This document shows positions 1 through 8,902 of a stretch of 64,000 bases of DNA, in pieces. Both the position numbers and the translations under genes were made by a program. Position 1 is the stretch's first letter. Every line of letters starts with the position of its first letter. The stretch lies in the IMG/VR virus record IMGVR_UViG_3300011114_000889. One strand, 5' to 3'. The DNA is from an uncultured virus (IMG/VR IMGVR_UViG_3300011114_000889) (Duplodnaviria > Heunggongvirae > Uroviricota > Caudoviricetes). The notes beneath the pieces are model-generated. The model saw only the letters and a list, made by a program, of their open reading frames with translations. It was not told the origin of the DNA and searched no databases.

Positions 1-653
1 GGAAGCCTGTATTCGTCTCTTCCCAAGGCTCCCGTCACAATGCCTATAAGATCGCCTTGCTCGTCGATTACGGGCCCTCCTGAGCTTCCTGGCATCACCT
101 TGGCGTCGAATACCAGGATATCCTGACCCTCGTCGGGGCCACAGTAGCTGACTATCCCTGCCGTTACGGTTCGGAAGATCTTTAAAGGTGCACCGATTGC
201 AGCCACCGGAGTTCCCCGCGGGGGTGTGGGCATCTTCGACAAAGACATTGGCCGAAGAGGTCCCGGTGCGCTGTTGAGCCTAAGTAAGGCCAAGTCCAAT
301 TTGGCATCCGACTTTATCACCGTGGCTTGATACACATTGTTGGTGATCCCGTCGCCAAACATGACGTCGATTCTTCCCGTTCCGTCAACAACGTGGGCGC
401 AGGTCAGGATGAATCCATCCTTGCTGACAACAGCTCCCGAACCGAATGTGATCTTGTTCGTGTCCTTTTCATTCTGAAACACACGAACCACCGACCTCAT
501 GTTCAGTTCACATGGATGGCTGAAGTCCGCTCCTTTGGCCGATAGCGGGATTAGAACCAGCGTCGCAGCCAGGAACGTACATGCATGTAAACGGCAGTTA
601 GAAATATACAGATTGCGAAACCCAGTAAGGCCGCGAAAGCTGAAGCTATACAT
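1..653 (-). CDS. Trypsin-like serine protease with probable N-terminal signal peptide (3' end outside the window)
   Basis: Not in the ORF track. Manual minus-strand translation from ATG 653 gives FGSGAVVSKDGFILTCAHVV (catalytic His), LDLALL (Asp) and PGSSGGP (catalytic Ser). Hydrophobic TFLAATLVLIPLSAKG lies near the N-terminus. Start codon uncertain. Confidence 0.88.
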   Translation of the reverse strand, partial: MYSFSFRGLTGFRNLYISNCRLHACTFLAATLVLIPLSAKGADFSHPCELNMRSVVRVFQNEKDTNKITFGSGAVVSKDGFILTCAHVVDGTGRIDVMFGDGITNNVYQATVIKSDAKLDLALLRLNSAPGPLRPMSLSKMPTPPRGTPVAAIGAPLKIFRTVTAGIVSYCGPDEGQDILVFDAKVMPGSSGGPVIDEQGDLIGIVTGALGRDEYRL

Positions 654-869
654 TTAATTACACTCTCTTGCACTTAATTCTTCCAGTGCCTTGGTAAGAG
701 CATAATTGAACAGCGCTGTTTTATCTCGCTTGATTTCAATCAGCCCGGCCTTGGCAATTTTGTTGAGTGTGTTTTCATCAATGTCCAAGTCCAACTCAAC
801 GTATGGAACTTGACGTTCGGCCAGGATTTTAATTGTCCCCAGCGTTTCAGCTTTGTGTGTCTTTTTCAT
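654..869 (-). CDS. Hypothetical protein (71 aa)
   Basis: ORF with AGGAG RBS upstream, packed in the minus-strand operon. Confidence 0.65.
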   Translation of the reverse strand: MKKTHKAETLGTIKILAERQVPYVELDLDIDENTLNKIAKAGLIEIKRDKTALFNYALTKALEELSARECN

Positions 870-878
870 GTGTGCTCC

Positions 879-1292
879 TTATCGTATTTCAACCCATGGA
901 TGCATAGGCAGATTATCCAGTGCTACCATGGCTTGCTTTTCCGTTTTGTAAAACAAGTCTACTACCGGAAGTTTTCCGTGTGAAGCTTTTTTTCTTATGA
1001 CATCCGTGCCCGTGTCGATGGCCTTAAACTCCTTGCCATTGATAACTACAGTACTCCCATACGGAATGATCCTTGGATCAACCGCACACGTCCGACCTGA
1101 CTTTAGGGTATAGCCCGTCGAGGATTTGAATCTGCTTGTATCAGGGTCCTGACCACACCAATAGGCCGTAAGCCGAACCTTGAGTTTCTTCGAAGGTTTG
1201 GATTTTGGTTCCAGTTCGATTAACACGTTTGACGCGACAATCGGGAACGATAGAAGCATGGATAAAGCCATGACTATGGTACGAATGTTCAT
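879..1292 (-). CDS. 3D (Asp-Asp-Asp) domain protein, putative peptidoglycan lytic enzyme, with signal peptide
   Basis: Motifs LTAY, CAVDPRIIPYGS, AIDTG and VDLF are typical of 3D/MltA-like domains. Hydrophobic N-terminus. Confidence 0.85.
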   Translation of the reverse strand: MNIRTIVMALSMLLSFPIVASNVLIELEPKSKPSKKLKVRLTAYWCGQDPDTSRFKSSTGYTLKSGRTCAVDPRIIPYGSTVVINGKEFKAIDTGTDVIRKKASHGKLPVVDLFYKTEKQAMVALDNLPMHPWVEIR

Positions 1293-1307
1293 ACTTTCTG
1301 CGTGGCG

Positions 1308-3443
1308 TCATTTTACTTCAACCTCCTCATTTGAGTCAACCGGAATTTTCCACAGCACCTTACCCTGAACGGTTACCCGCTCAATGCCCTTTGTGGTCAT
1401 CAGCTTTGCCAACCGCTGTCCCATCTTCTCCGGAGTGGAGGCATAGTGACGAGTGAGGTTGGTAAGATTGTTGTCGTTGAGCATCTGGTTAAGTAGCTGG
1501 GTCGCTGAACCCTTCCACGTCCTTTCCTTTGGGTTAGCCTGATTGAATCCAATAAGGAATTCATCCAGTAACTCAGAGAAGGCATGATTAGGATGCGTTG
1601 TTCTGGTGTCCTCCAAGATATCCGCATGGTGGTAGCACTTAACCTGAAACCGATTGGAGCATTTAAGTTCCTCCGGGATTTCAAAGTCAGTCAACCACCT
1701 AGCAAACGCAGGTAATTCCCCGTCTAGGATACGTTGTAGTTCCTGCGACTGGGGGAACTCCATACCTTTAGACGAAGCCTTAAACAGCATTAGTTTGTCT
1801 AATATGCTCGCATCTGTGTATGGAACGGCTCGCATCGAGTCTGGATCGTCGTTCAATGTAACGAATACCCGACCGCTCCATTCGATGGTGGCAGGATTCT
1901 TCCACATGGCGCGATAACGATGGCGACGATTAGCCACAAACTTCTTCACCGTGTTGGAGAAGAGTAGATGCTTCTCGTGGCTGGTTGAGGCGATAGTATC
2001 ATCTACGTTAAGTACGCCTACTTCGAACATCTCAGAATTGAACTCACTCTCCCCTGAGATATGTCCCGATGCGTCGCAACCTCCACCCATCAGTCTGGAA
2101 ACAATCTGTGTTCCCATGAGGGTCTTACCGACACCGACTGGCCCGGCAATAAAGATCGCCTGACCCTGAGACTGCTTACCCGACTTGGCATTTACATAAA
2201 AATGATGAAGCCATGCCAGGAAATACTGAAGCGAATCATGTGGATCAAAGAACCCGTCAAGGAACTTAGCGATCCATGGGAATCCGTCTCCCCACTTCTC
2301 GCACGGTTCGGTGCGTGGTTCCAGCACTTTGACTCGCGAGATGTTAAGGACAGTGCGCCCGCCCATGTAAACGACTTCCTCCTTGCTGAATAGAATTGGT
2401 CCAGCATCGTCCACCCGACGTGTTTCACGCACACGCAAGACAGTCTGATCGACTTCACACATTCCACCTCGTTGCATTGGGGCAAGAGACAGTCCATAGA
2501 TACCAGCAATATCCTTGCGGGTAGTCTCGGAGTCTGTGTCGCGCCAGATGCCACGACCGTCCTGCCTCCAGTAACGCTTGCCGTCAAAGTAATAGTTTGC
2601 CAGCGGAGCACCAAGGCGATCCTCCTCAAACTCCTTCACCCATCCCGCGCCGAGGATCTCAGCCCAGCTGTAGAAACTCTTGTCCTGCGAGAAGCTGACG
2701 ATACCGGTAGGAGTAACCACGCAAGCCGTCGGGTTATCCGAAGTCGCAGTCCAGAACGCATTGGTTCTTCCGTTGACCTCAAGACTTCCTAGGAGTTTGT
2801 CTGGATACATTTCATGTACGCGATTACGTACGCGATCCATTGGAATCTCTACCGGACCTTCTCCGCGGTACTTGTGGTCAGCGTCAATCGTCGAGGCAAA
2901 CCAGCTATATAAAGTCTCTGTCCTTAAAGGGACATCTCCTACTTTGGTGATCGGCAAGTACCAAGCGTAGTACTGCTCGGCCTTAACATGATTGTCATCA
3001 AGTCCAGCAAACAAACGCTTTGCCCCCAGCTCCTTAGCAACTCGCTTTAAGAATGCTGGCAGTAGACCGACCGGAATCTGCATTGGAGTTTCAAACATCC
3101 AAATGACTCGCGCACCTCCACTCGGAGTGCGGTGAGCATACATAGGTTTTAATCCGACTTTAGCTTTAGCCCCAACTCCAGAGATAAACTCCTCGGAAGT
3201 AAGTTCGCAATCATAGTCCGCAATAAACGCATGCATCTTGGCGGGAGGGTTATCTTTTGTAACCCGCATAGCCGCGGCACGACCCTCAAATCCACTGACG
3301 AACATTCCATCAGTTGAATTCTGAATAGCCCAGCGTTTTGCAATTTCTGGATCAAGACTTGGCGGTTGATTGACGTTTCCATCCCAAGGAGTACAAGGTC
3401 CGGCAATAGTCGACGATAAATTTGGTATTCGGTAGAGGTTCAT
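1308..3443 (-). CDS. Primase-helicase (AEP/PrimPol-like N-terminus, P-loop helicase C-terminus)
   Basis: N-terminal FIADYD and HRTPSGGARVIW. Walker A GPVGVGKT, Walker B LNVDD, and VTLN motif C. Probable start is ATG 3443, overlapping the polymerase stop (ATGA). Confidence 0.82.
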   Translation of the reverse strand: MNLYRIPNLSSTIAGPCTPWDGNVNQPPSLDPEIAKRWAIQNSTDGMFVSGFEGRAAAMRVTKDNPPAKMHAFIADYDCELTSEEFISGVGAKAKVGLKPMYAHRTPSGGARVIWMFETPMQIPVGLLPAFLKRVAKELGAKRLFAGLDDNHVKAEQYYAWYLPITKVGDVPLRTETLYSWFASTIDADHKYRGEGPVEIPMDRVRNRVHEMYPDKLLGSLEVNGRTNAFWTATSDNPTACVVTPTGIVSFSQDKSFYSWAEILGAGWVKEFEEDRLGAPLANYYFDGKRYWRQDGRGIWRDTDSETTRKDIAGIYGLSLAPMQRGGMCEVDQTVLRVRETRRVDDAGPILFSKEEVVYMGGRTVLNISRVKVLEPRTEPCEKWGDGFPWIAKFLDGFFDPHDSLQYFLAWLHHFYVNAKSGKQSQGQAIFIAGPVGVGKTLMGTQIVSRLMGGGCDASGHISGESEFNSEMFEVGVLNVDDTIASTSHEKHLLFSNTVKKFVANRRHRYRAMWKNPATIEWSGRVFVTLNDDPDSMRAVPYTDASILDKLMLFKASSKGMEFPQSQELQRILDGELPAFARWLTDFEIPEELKCSNRFQVKCYHHADILEDTRTTHPNHAFSELLDEFLIGFNQANPKERTWKGSATQLLNQMLNDNNLTNLTRHYASTPEKMGQRLAKLMTTKGIERVTVQGKVLWKIPVDSNEEVEVK

Positions 3444-5233
3444 TTTTTGTACCTCATTGCATCTGCCGCTTCTGCCCCTATCGGACAACCCTCAAGCCAT
3501 TCAGGACAGACACTCATGAGGTGTTCAATCTCACCAGCCTGAACTGAATTGTCAACTTCGCAAACAGCTTCGTCGTGGATATGCATTACTACTGAGCATC
3601 CAGCTTTTTCCAACCGTAGAATAGCCTCGCCCATAACGTCCCGCGCTACAGCCTGCACAAGATTCTCGCAAAGCTTTCCTCCGTAGAACGGAATCTGTGG
3701 ACCTCCACGCTCTACACACGCAGTCCATGCTGGCTTACGAGCCACTCCATTCTTTCCAAACTTCTGGGACTCAGGCCATTGCGACATGATGTTGCGATAG
3801 GTAAGGATTCTTCCCCCGGGCAGTCCAACCTCGAGCTGCTTGTCAGCCTTGGCTCTTTGGAAATCGCCCTCAAGCTTTCTCCACAAGTCCATGATCGGCT
3901 GATTGCGTGAGCGAAAATCATTCACAACAGTTCCGGCCTTTGCCTCCGTCATGTTGATTCCGTATTGCATCTTGGCGATCAAGGCAAACTTCTTTGACCC
4001 AGCTCCATAACCCAACCCAAGAACCATACACTTTACCAACTGGTAAAGATCAGGATCTGTTTTCTTTAACGTTCCCTTGTCACCATTCCACAGCGACATA
4101 TTCTTTGCCGCCGCCTCGTAGATGCCATACCCTTTCCTGATTGCGTCCAGGAGTCCTTCGTTTCCAGACAACCAAGCCAACACTCTTGGCTCGATTTGGG
4201 CCAGATCACAGATCACAAACTTCTTACCTGGGCGGGGTACAATGCAACCCCGTAAGTCCACACCGAACATCTCATTCCTGGGAAGATTCTGGCAGTTCCA
4301 CTTACTGTCACCAGACCAACGACCTGTGTGCGCTCCCATATATTTAAGTCCGTAAGCCATCGTTCCGTCTGGCCGTATACGGTTTCTCATTACCTTTAAC
4401 TTTGCCAACAAGGAATTAGCCTTGCGCCAGTCGCGCATGATACCCACAAACGGAACCTGACTACCGTATTGTTCCTCCCATAGAGCACATTCTTCCGAGT
4501 TTTCGGCCAAAGAAGTTGGCCAAGGGATGCCAGCCTTGGCGCATTCACGCCTAAAAGCCTTTGTGGAAAGGACAACCCCATTGGTTTCCTCAATCCAAGG
4601 TAGGGCATTTTCGCTCTCCCAAGTCACCTTTTCGAGCTTTTTTACCCCCATTTCGACCGCATTTTGGTCAATTTGAACCCCTCTCCAGCCCATCTCTATG
4701 GTGTGTTTAGACAGTTCCTGTTCCGCTGGAAGCATCTGATTATGGAACTTATCGTAGATTTCGTAGCATGCTTGAGCATCGTTCTTCGCATACTCAATCA
4801 CTTCGTTGGCAAATTCCGTTCCCTCGACATCACTCCACTTTTTGCTGTGCATTTTATCCCGCGGATCTTTGTCAATCTTTCGATTGAGAAGTTCCCGCGA
4901 TGCGCCCAACAAATTTCTAGGAGCACCAACAGCGACAGACAGATTCGCTGTACAAAACCAACTAGAGGGATTCGCTTTAACTATTCCAAGTTCGCGTAAT
5001 CTTTCTAGCACAGCTCCGTCAAATGAATAATTATGCGCTAACCAATTTCCACCATCAATCTTTTCCCACGGAGCTTTCTTCGGAGACCCAACGTACTGCA
5101 CATCGGGTCCGTGAATTGAGACCATGTAAATGTCTGATGCAGGGTTTCGCAAGTAATGCCACTGCCCCATTGTTGTAATTGATATTTCTTTGTCGTAATA
5201 AGTTTCAAAGTCAATAGCGTATGTATTTTTCAT
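3440..5233 (-). CDS. DNA polymerase family A with 3'-5' exonuclease domain
   Basis: ExoI IDFET, ExoII AHNYSFD, HTGRWSG, NCQNLPR, motif A DLAQIEPR, motif B KCMVLGLGYG, motif C HIHDE. Confidence 0.96.
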   Translation of the reverse strand: MKNTYAIDFETYYDKEISITTMGQWHYLRNPASDIYMVSIHGPDVQYVGSPKKAPWEKIDGGNWLAHNYSFDGAVLERLRELGIVKANPSSWFCTANLSVAVGAPRNLLGASRELLNRKIDKDPRDKMHSKKWSDVEGTEFANEVIEYAKNDAQACYEIYDKFHNQMLPAEQELSKHTIEMGWRGVQIDQNAVEMGVKKLEKVTWESENALPWIEETNGVVLSTKAFRRECAKAGIPWPTSLAENSEECALWEEQYGSQVPFVGIMRDWRKANSLLAKLKVMRNRIRPDGTMAYGLKYMGAHTGRWSGDSKWNCQNLPRNEMFGVDLRGCIVPRPGKKFVICDLAQIEPRVLAWLSGNEGLLDAIRKGYGIYEAAAKNMSLWNGDKGTLKKTDPDLYQLVKCMVLGLGYGAGSKKFALIAKMQYGINMTEAKAGTVVNDFRSRNQPIMDLWRKLEGDFQRAKADKQLEVGLPGGRILTYRNIMSQWPESQKFGKNGVARKPAWTACVERGGPQIPFYGGKLCENLVQAVARDVMGEAILRLEKAGCSVVMHIHDEAVCEVDNSVQAGEIEHLMSVCPEWLEGCPIGAEAADAMRYKK

Positions 5234-5511
5234 TTTTTAAAGTTGAGGTCTTCGAGTATGCTCAGTCTCCCGAGCATGTCCGACAGATCTCTGGTAAGTT
5301 TTTCTTCTCTTTGTTTTGTTATTTTTGGTTTTGCCAGTCCCCGTAAAAGGATTTCTATTGCGTCCAAAAGCATCTGAGCAAGTTCCATAGAACGAACTCC
5401 AGACTCCCGTAGCAATACAAACTCGGCCGCTATTTCCTCATAATCCTTACCCACGAATGGATACGGTATTATGTTAAACTGTTCGGCCAGCCCCTCACTG
5501 GCTCGCTTCAA
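5230..5511 (-). CDS. Hypothetical protein
   Basis: ORF overlapping the polymerase start (ATGA). Confidence 0.55.
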   Translation of the reverse strand: MKRASEGLAEQFNIIPYPFVGKDYEEIAAEFVLLRESGVRSMELAQMLLDAIEILLRGLAKPKITKQREEKLTRDLSDMLGRLSILEDLNFKK

Positions 5512-5512
5512 G

Positions 5513-5848
5513 TTAACCCTCTAAGGATTTTCTATCTACGATTTGAGGCCCATCGAGTGGCTCGATAAGACCTTTTTTAAGAAGGTATTCTTCATTCATG
5601 GGAATAGATGTTGGAGCACCGTTCTTGTCCAGAATACGTGATTCTTGTTCTGGAACTTCCGCCATCTTTTCCATTTTTCGAAAACCTTCTCCACCAAGAA
5701 CTCCGTTAAGAAGTTCCACCATAAGAGGGAACAATCCGGTCAATACATCTTTTTCAACCGCGTTTGCCTCCCCATCTCTAGGGAGCATCTCAACGCTGAT
5801 CTTATCTGTTCCTTCTTCATTTTTAATCTGAACTGCTAACTCAATCAT
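5513..5848 (-). CDS. Hypothetical protein
   Basis: Part of ORF 5513..5929. Probable start at MIELAVQI avoids overlap with the upstream gene. Confidence 0.6.
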   Translation of the reverse strand: MIELAVQIKNEEGTDKISVEMLPRDGEANAVEKDVLTGLFPLMVELLNGVLGGEGFRKMEKMAEVPEQESRILDKNGAPTSIPMNEEYLLKKGLIEPLDGPQIVDRKSLEG

Positions 5849-5855
5849 ATTATTT

Positions 5856-6206
5856 CTATTCTTTCTTTTGTGGTTGGTTAAGGACGATTGACCTAGCCTT
5901 GCTGCGGCAATCTGAACATTCCCGCTCAAGGTCTGCCATGAAGCCTAAGAGTTCCTGGGTAAACTCTTTTAGCCCTTCGTTCTCTATTTGTAGACGGCCG
6001 TTCTCCTCCACAAGGACAGCAGCCGTTTTATGGTTTTGTTCCGCCAGATCCACCACCCGGTGGTAAAACTGATGTATCCTATTCAGATTTCTCTGAGATT
6101 CAAAGGTTTCTTTTTCAAGTTCTTCTTTGCCTATAACTTCTTCAATTTTCATATGTTGGCCTCCTGGTTTAAAACAATGGTAGGATTCTTCGGGTTGGTT
6201 AAACAT
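5856..6206 (-). CDS. Hypothetical coiled-coil protein
   Basis: Heptad-like acidic/Leu pattern. Real start may be the internal MKIEEV, which has GGAGG upstream. Confidence 0.55.
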   Translation of the reverse strand: MFNQPEESYHCFKPGGQHMKIEEVIGKEELEKETFESQRNLNRIHQFYHRVVDLAEQNHKTAAVLVEENGRLQIENEGLKEFTQELLGFMADLERECSDCRSKARSIVLNQPQKKE

Positions 6207-6375
6207 ATAAAGCCTTCTGCTAGAAGATAATCTAGCTCCTTTAATACCTCCGAGGTAAATTTATTTTCGTTTTTTTGTTTTTCTTTTTGCATTTGCTTTT
6301 ACCTTTTTTATATTTGCTTTGGTACTTTTTGTTTCAGTTTTGGGGAATGCAAATCCCCGTCGGTCCCATAGCCAT

Positions 6376-6582
6376 TCAATTATCATTAGTAGTCTCCTTT
6401 TCTAGTTGGTGGTTTAGTTTATTTTCTTGAATAAGATCCATTAATTTTTTTGCGTGAGTGTCACAGTCGAAAAAGAAAATAGATGTAGTGCGTTCAGTTT
6501 TGGGATCAGTGGAAAAGATGACAGTAGGAAACCATCGCTTGCTGATCCACACAAAAAGCCATAACCAAAAATAATCCATCAT
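6376..6582 (-). CDS. Hypothetical protein with hydrophobic/aromatic N-terminus
   Basis: ORF coupled to the upstream gene by an ATGA overlap. Confidence 0.5.
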   Translation of the reverse strand: MMDYFWLWLFVWISKRWFPTVIFSTDPKTERTTSIFFFDCDTHAKKLMDLIQENKLNHQLEKETTNDN

Positions 6583-6878
6583 TGTATTTTACCTCTATTA
6601 GTTTTGTATAAAAGAAACGCAGCCCGAACCAACGCCCTTTCAAGATGAGCGATAGCATCTTCCCCATTTGAGTCCGGATTAGGTCTATTACCATCAATCT
6701 GCGTCATGGCCTGACATACGTGCCCCACCAAACGATCTGCGTTATATCTCCGGCTGTCCGTATGAAACCACTGTCCAAACACACTTTTGTCCGAGCCTTT
6801 ATCCATAATCTTACAGATTACAGAAAAAGCCTCATTTGCGACTTCAATCGCAGTTGGCGCTATTTTGTCTTGATCCAT
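6579..6878 (-). CDS. DUF5664-like (dATP/dGTP diphosphohydrolase-type) protein
   Basis: Pattern KIMDKGSDK..W...RY..RL.GH...G....D.NGEDAIAHLERA..R..FL resembles this helical family, though divergent. Confidence 0.55.
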   Translation of the reverse strand: MDQDKIAPTAIEVANEAFSVICKIMDKGSDKSVFGQWFHTDSRRYNADRLVGHVCQAMTQIDGNRPNPDSNGEDAIAHLERALVRAAFLLYKTNRGKIQ

Positions 6879-6948
6879 ATACCTTTTACTTGCGTCGGTA
6901 TTTGAACTTGATAGTAAAGCACGTCTTTAAAAAGCTTTACAAGTTGAC

Positions 6949-7030
6949 GGAGGACGTCCGGTGTTTCACGCGGCAAGGAACACTTAACCTGTCGGCGCTT
7001 CTCGCGCCGCACCATGCCGGAACGTCTCCC
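6949..7030 (-). ncRNA. Candidate structured RNA (multi-stem, about 80 nt)
   Basis: Closing stem GGAGACGTTCCGG / CCGGACGTCCTCC encloses hairpins GGCGC-GAGAA-GCGCC and GTG-AAA-CAC. GC-rich island in an AT-rich spacer. Confidence 0.45.
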
Positions 7031-7043
7031 CTTCTTCATTTGC

Positions 7044-7760
7044 TTAGATTAAGCTAGAAGCCCAAGCCTGGAACTCGTCATTGTTTGTTCCAGCCAATTT
7101 GAACGTGGGGGTAAACCAACTGCCCATCGTATTGGTGTTGAGCTTGCTACTCACTTGGTAGCGACCTTTTGTTAGGCCACCCCGCAATACTGTCTGACTG
7201 TCAGTCAACAACTGACGACCAGCTCCGCGGTATGCACTCTTGGTGAGATTATACTGCGCCAAAGCGTAGTTCTTTTTATCCGGTCCCTCAAGCGAAAAGA
7301 TCGGATTCTTATCTTTAGGTTCGGAGACCAACAAGGTCAGAACCAAGAATGGAATATACCGATCCACATCTTCGGATTCGGAAATATCCAAAGTCCCGCC
7401 CGCCGACTCGACTTCAGCCTGTGAAGCAAAGATCTTTGGAATCACATCCGTTCCATAAGGAATTTCTTGGATGTATTTCTTCTGGATGTGGGTAATGATT
7501 GCTTCCATCGCTGAGTCCTTACTACCAACAACAAGTTCTTTGTTGAACACAAAAGAACCTGGCTGGAAGTTATTGCTGAGGTTTCCAGTCTTACCGACAA
7601 GATTGATCCTTGGGATCAAAAAGTCGGAAGCTTTGAACTCTCCGTCTACTCCGGCGTTGCGATTGGTAATGGTCGGAGATTTGTTCTCCGCAACAGCCAA
7701 TGCTTTATCTTCGTTTGCCTCTACGGCTTCTTTATCCTTCTTACTGAATGATGTTTTCAT
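7044..7760 (-). CDS. Putative single-stranded DNA-binding/annealing protein
   Basis: GEFKASDFLIPRINLV motif, C-terminal GSWFTP strand, size, and position next to the Cas4-like nuclease and polymerase. Confidence 0.55.
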   Translation of the reverse strand: MKTSFSKKDKEAVEANEDKALAVAENKSPTITNRNAGVDGEFKASDFLIPRINLVGKTGNLSNNFQPGSFVFNKELVVGSKDSAMEAIITHIQKKYIQEIPYGTDVIPKIFASQAEVESAGGTLDISESEDVDRYIPFLVLTLLVSEPKDKNPIFSLEGPDKKNYALAQYNLTKSAYRGAGRQLLTDSQTVLRGGLTKGRYQVSSKLNTNTMGSWFTPTFKLAGTNNDEFQAWASSLI

Positions 7761-8629
7761 TTTATTTGTTTTAACTCTTTTACTTCTTTATTTTTTCTTA
7801 GTTGATAAGATGGCTCACCACGCGTCATTGCTTCGGCAGCGATGAGGTCATCTTCCAGTTGTTCTTTCGCCACGGTCTTCTGACCGCGAGGCGCCTTGGC
7901 CGCAACTAGATCGGCCAAATCTGTGAACTTAATCTCACACGCGGAGCTGAACTCCTCGGGAGTAAGTTTATTCTTTACCAAATCCCAAGCTTTCTGAGAG
8001 TCCTTGATTTCCCGGCGTCCTTGGATTTCTTTTAATCCATACCCCGGGATTTCGCCACCCTCTTTGGCAAATTCTAAATTATGTTTACGCACACTTGAAC
8101 ACCAAGCCTCCATGACCATCGCAATACGCTGGGCTTGAGCCCTACGCTCTGGCGTGGATAGTTGGCTTGGCTGAAATAATTCTGGAAGTTGAGCGTCATG
8201 TGCCATGTCATAGGCTTTAACAATTTGCATGGTAGCTCCGTGGACTGCTGGACAGTCTGGTAATTTGTGACAATAGATACACTGATCTCCCGGCGTGTAA
8301 TCCGTTTCCGTATGGTTTTTGCATTTGTCTATGATTCCTTTTATTCTTTTGTGGATTCTCCCGTAGTCAGCCTCGCGGCTAAACGCATGGGTGAAAATCA
8401 AATCTAGTCTTGGTTGTAAAATGTGAACTGTGACTTCATCAATGTAGTCGTATTTATCAAACACACCCAAGGTATAGGCCCACATCTGAGCATTATGTTC
8501 CGCATCGTCGACAGGATTAAACCCAAACTTATAATCAATCAAATGCGCTTTGCTGCCACGAATCATCAATCGGTCAACAAAACCCCATTGATCAAAAACC
8601 TCCAGCTTAATTTCTTTGAGGTCAAGCAT
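7757..8629 (-). CDS. Cas4-like/DUF2800-like PD-(D/E)XK exonuclease, catalytic C-terminal part
   Basis: GFVD, LIDYKFG, NAQMWAY, HILQPR and Cys cluster CIYCHKLPDC. Confidence 0.88.
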   Translation of the reverse strand: MLDLKEIKLEVFDQWGFVDRLMIRGSKAHLIDYKFGFNPVDDAEHNAQMWAYTLGVFDKYDYIDEVTVHILQPRLDLIFTHAFSREADYGRIHKRIKGIIDKCKNHTETDYTPGDQCIYCHKLPDCPAVHGATMQIVKAYDMAHDAQLPELFQPSQLSTPERRAQAQRIAMVMEAWCSSVRKHNLEFAKEGGEIPGYGLKEIQGRREIKDSQKAWDLVKNKLTPEEFSSACEIKFTDLADLVAAKAPRGQKTVAKEQLEDDLIAAEAMTRGEPSYQLRKNKEVKELKQIK

Positions 8630-8858
8630 CGGTAGTTAACTCCGCTCGCAAACGTTCGATGTAATCTAAACATTTCATTACAAGTTTGGTTTCGTCAGCA
8701 TTCAAATCTTCAAAGTCGCTCATTTCACAAGCGTGATGCATAGCGGTTCCACGCTGAGTAACAATATGTACTTCCCCGTCCCTCTTGGGTTCATACCCTG
8801 GGCAGAGTTCGCGGCTTTTAAGAGTGCTTGGGCTATACCTTGCGTGTTGAGTGTCCAT
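8622..8858 (-). CDS. Cas4-like/DUF2800-like exonuclease, N-terminal part encoded as a separate ORF
   Basis: HARYSPSTL...CPG...RGTAMH is the usual N-terminus of this family. Overlaps the next ORF by 8 nt. Confidence 0.82.
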   Translation of the reverse strand: MDTQHARYSPSTLKSRELCPGYEPKRDGEVHIVTQRGTAMHHACEMSDFEDLNADETKLVMKCLDYIERLRAELTTDA

Positions 8859-8870
8859 TAGCGTGGGGTA

Positions 8871-8899
8871 GATTGTGACTCTGGAATCACAATCGTCAA
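8871..8899 (-). promoter_or_regulatory. Sigma70-type promoter overlapped by an inverted repeat
   Basis: TTGACG-16 nt-CACAAT on the minus strand. IR GATTGTGA-N8-TCACAATC at 8871-8894. Confidence 0.55.
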
Positions 8900-8902
8900 G
8901 GA

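Noticed and set aside
6245..6257. Palindrome TACCTC-C-GAGGTA
   Set aside because: Short, single copy and within a probable small ORF, with no supporting context.
6579..6878. Z-genome (2-aminoadenine) pathway
   Set aside because: No PurZ or DatZ recognised in the window. A DUF5664-like gene alone is not sufficient.
6949..7030. tRNA or HDV-like ribozyme (CCGGCATGGT resembles the HDV 5' end)
   Set aside because: No TTCRA T-loop or canonical cloverleaf, and no HDV nested pseudoknot could be built. Kept only as an unclassified structure.
7757..8858. CRISPR-Cas system suggested by the Cas4-like gene
   Set aside because: No repeat-spacer array or other cas genes seen. Solo Cas4-like nucleases are common phage recombination genes.
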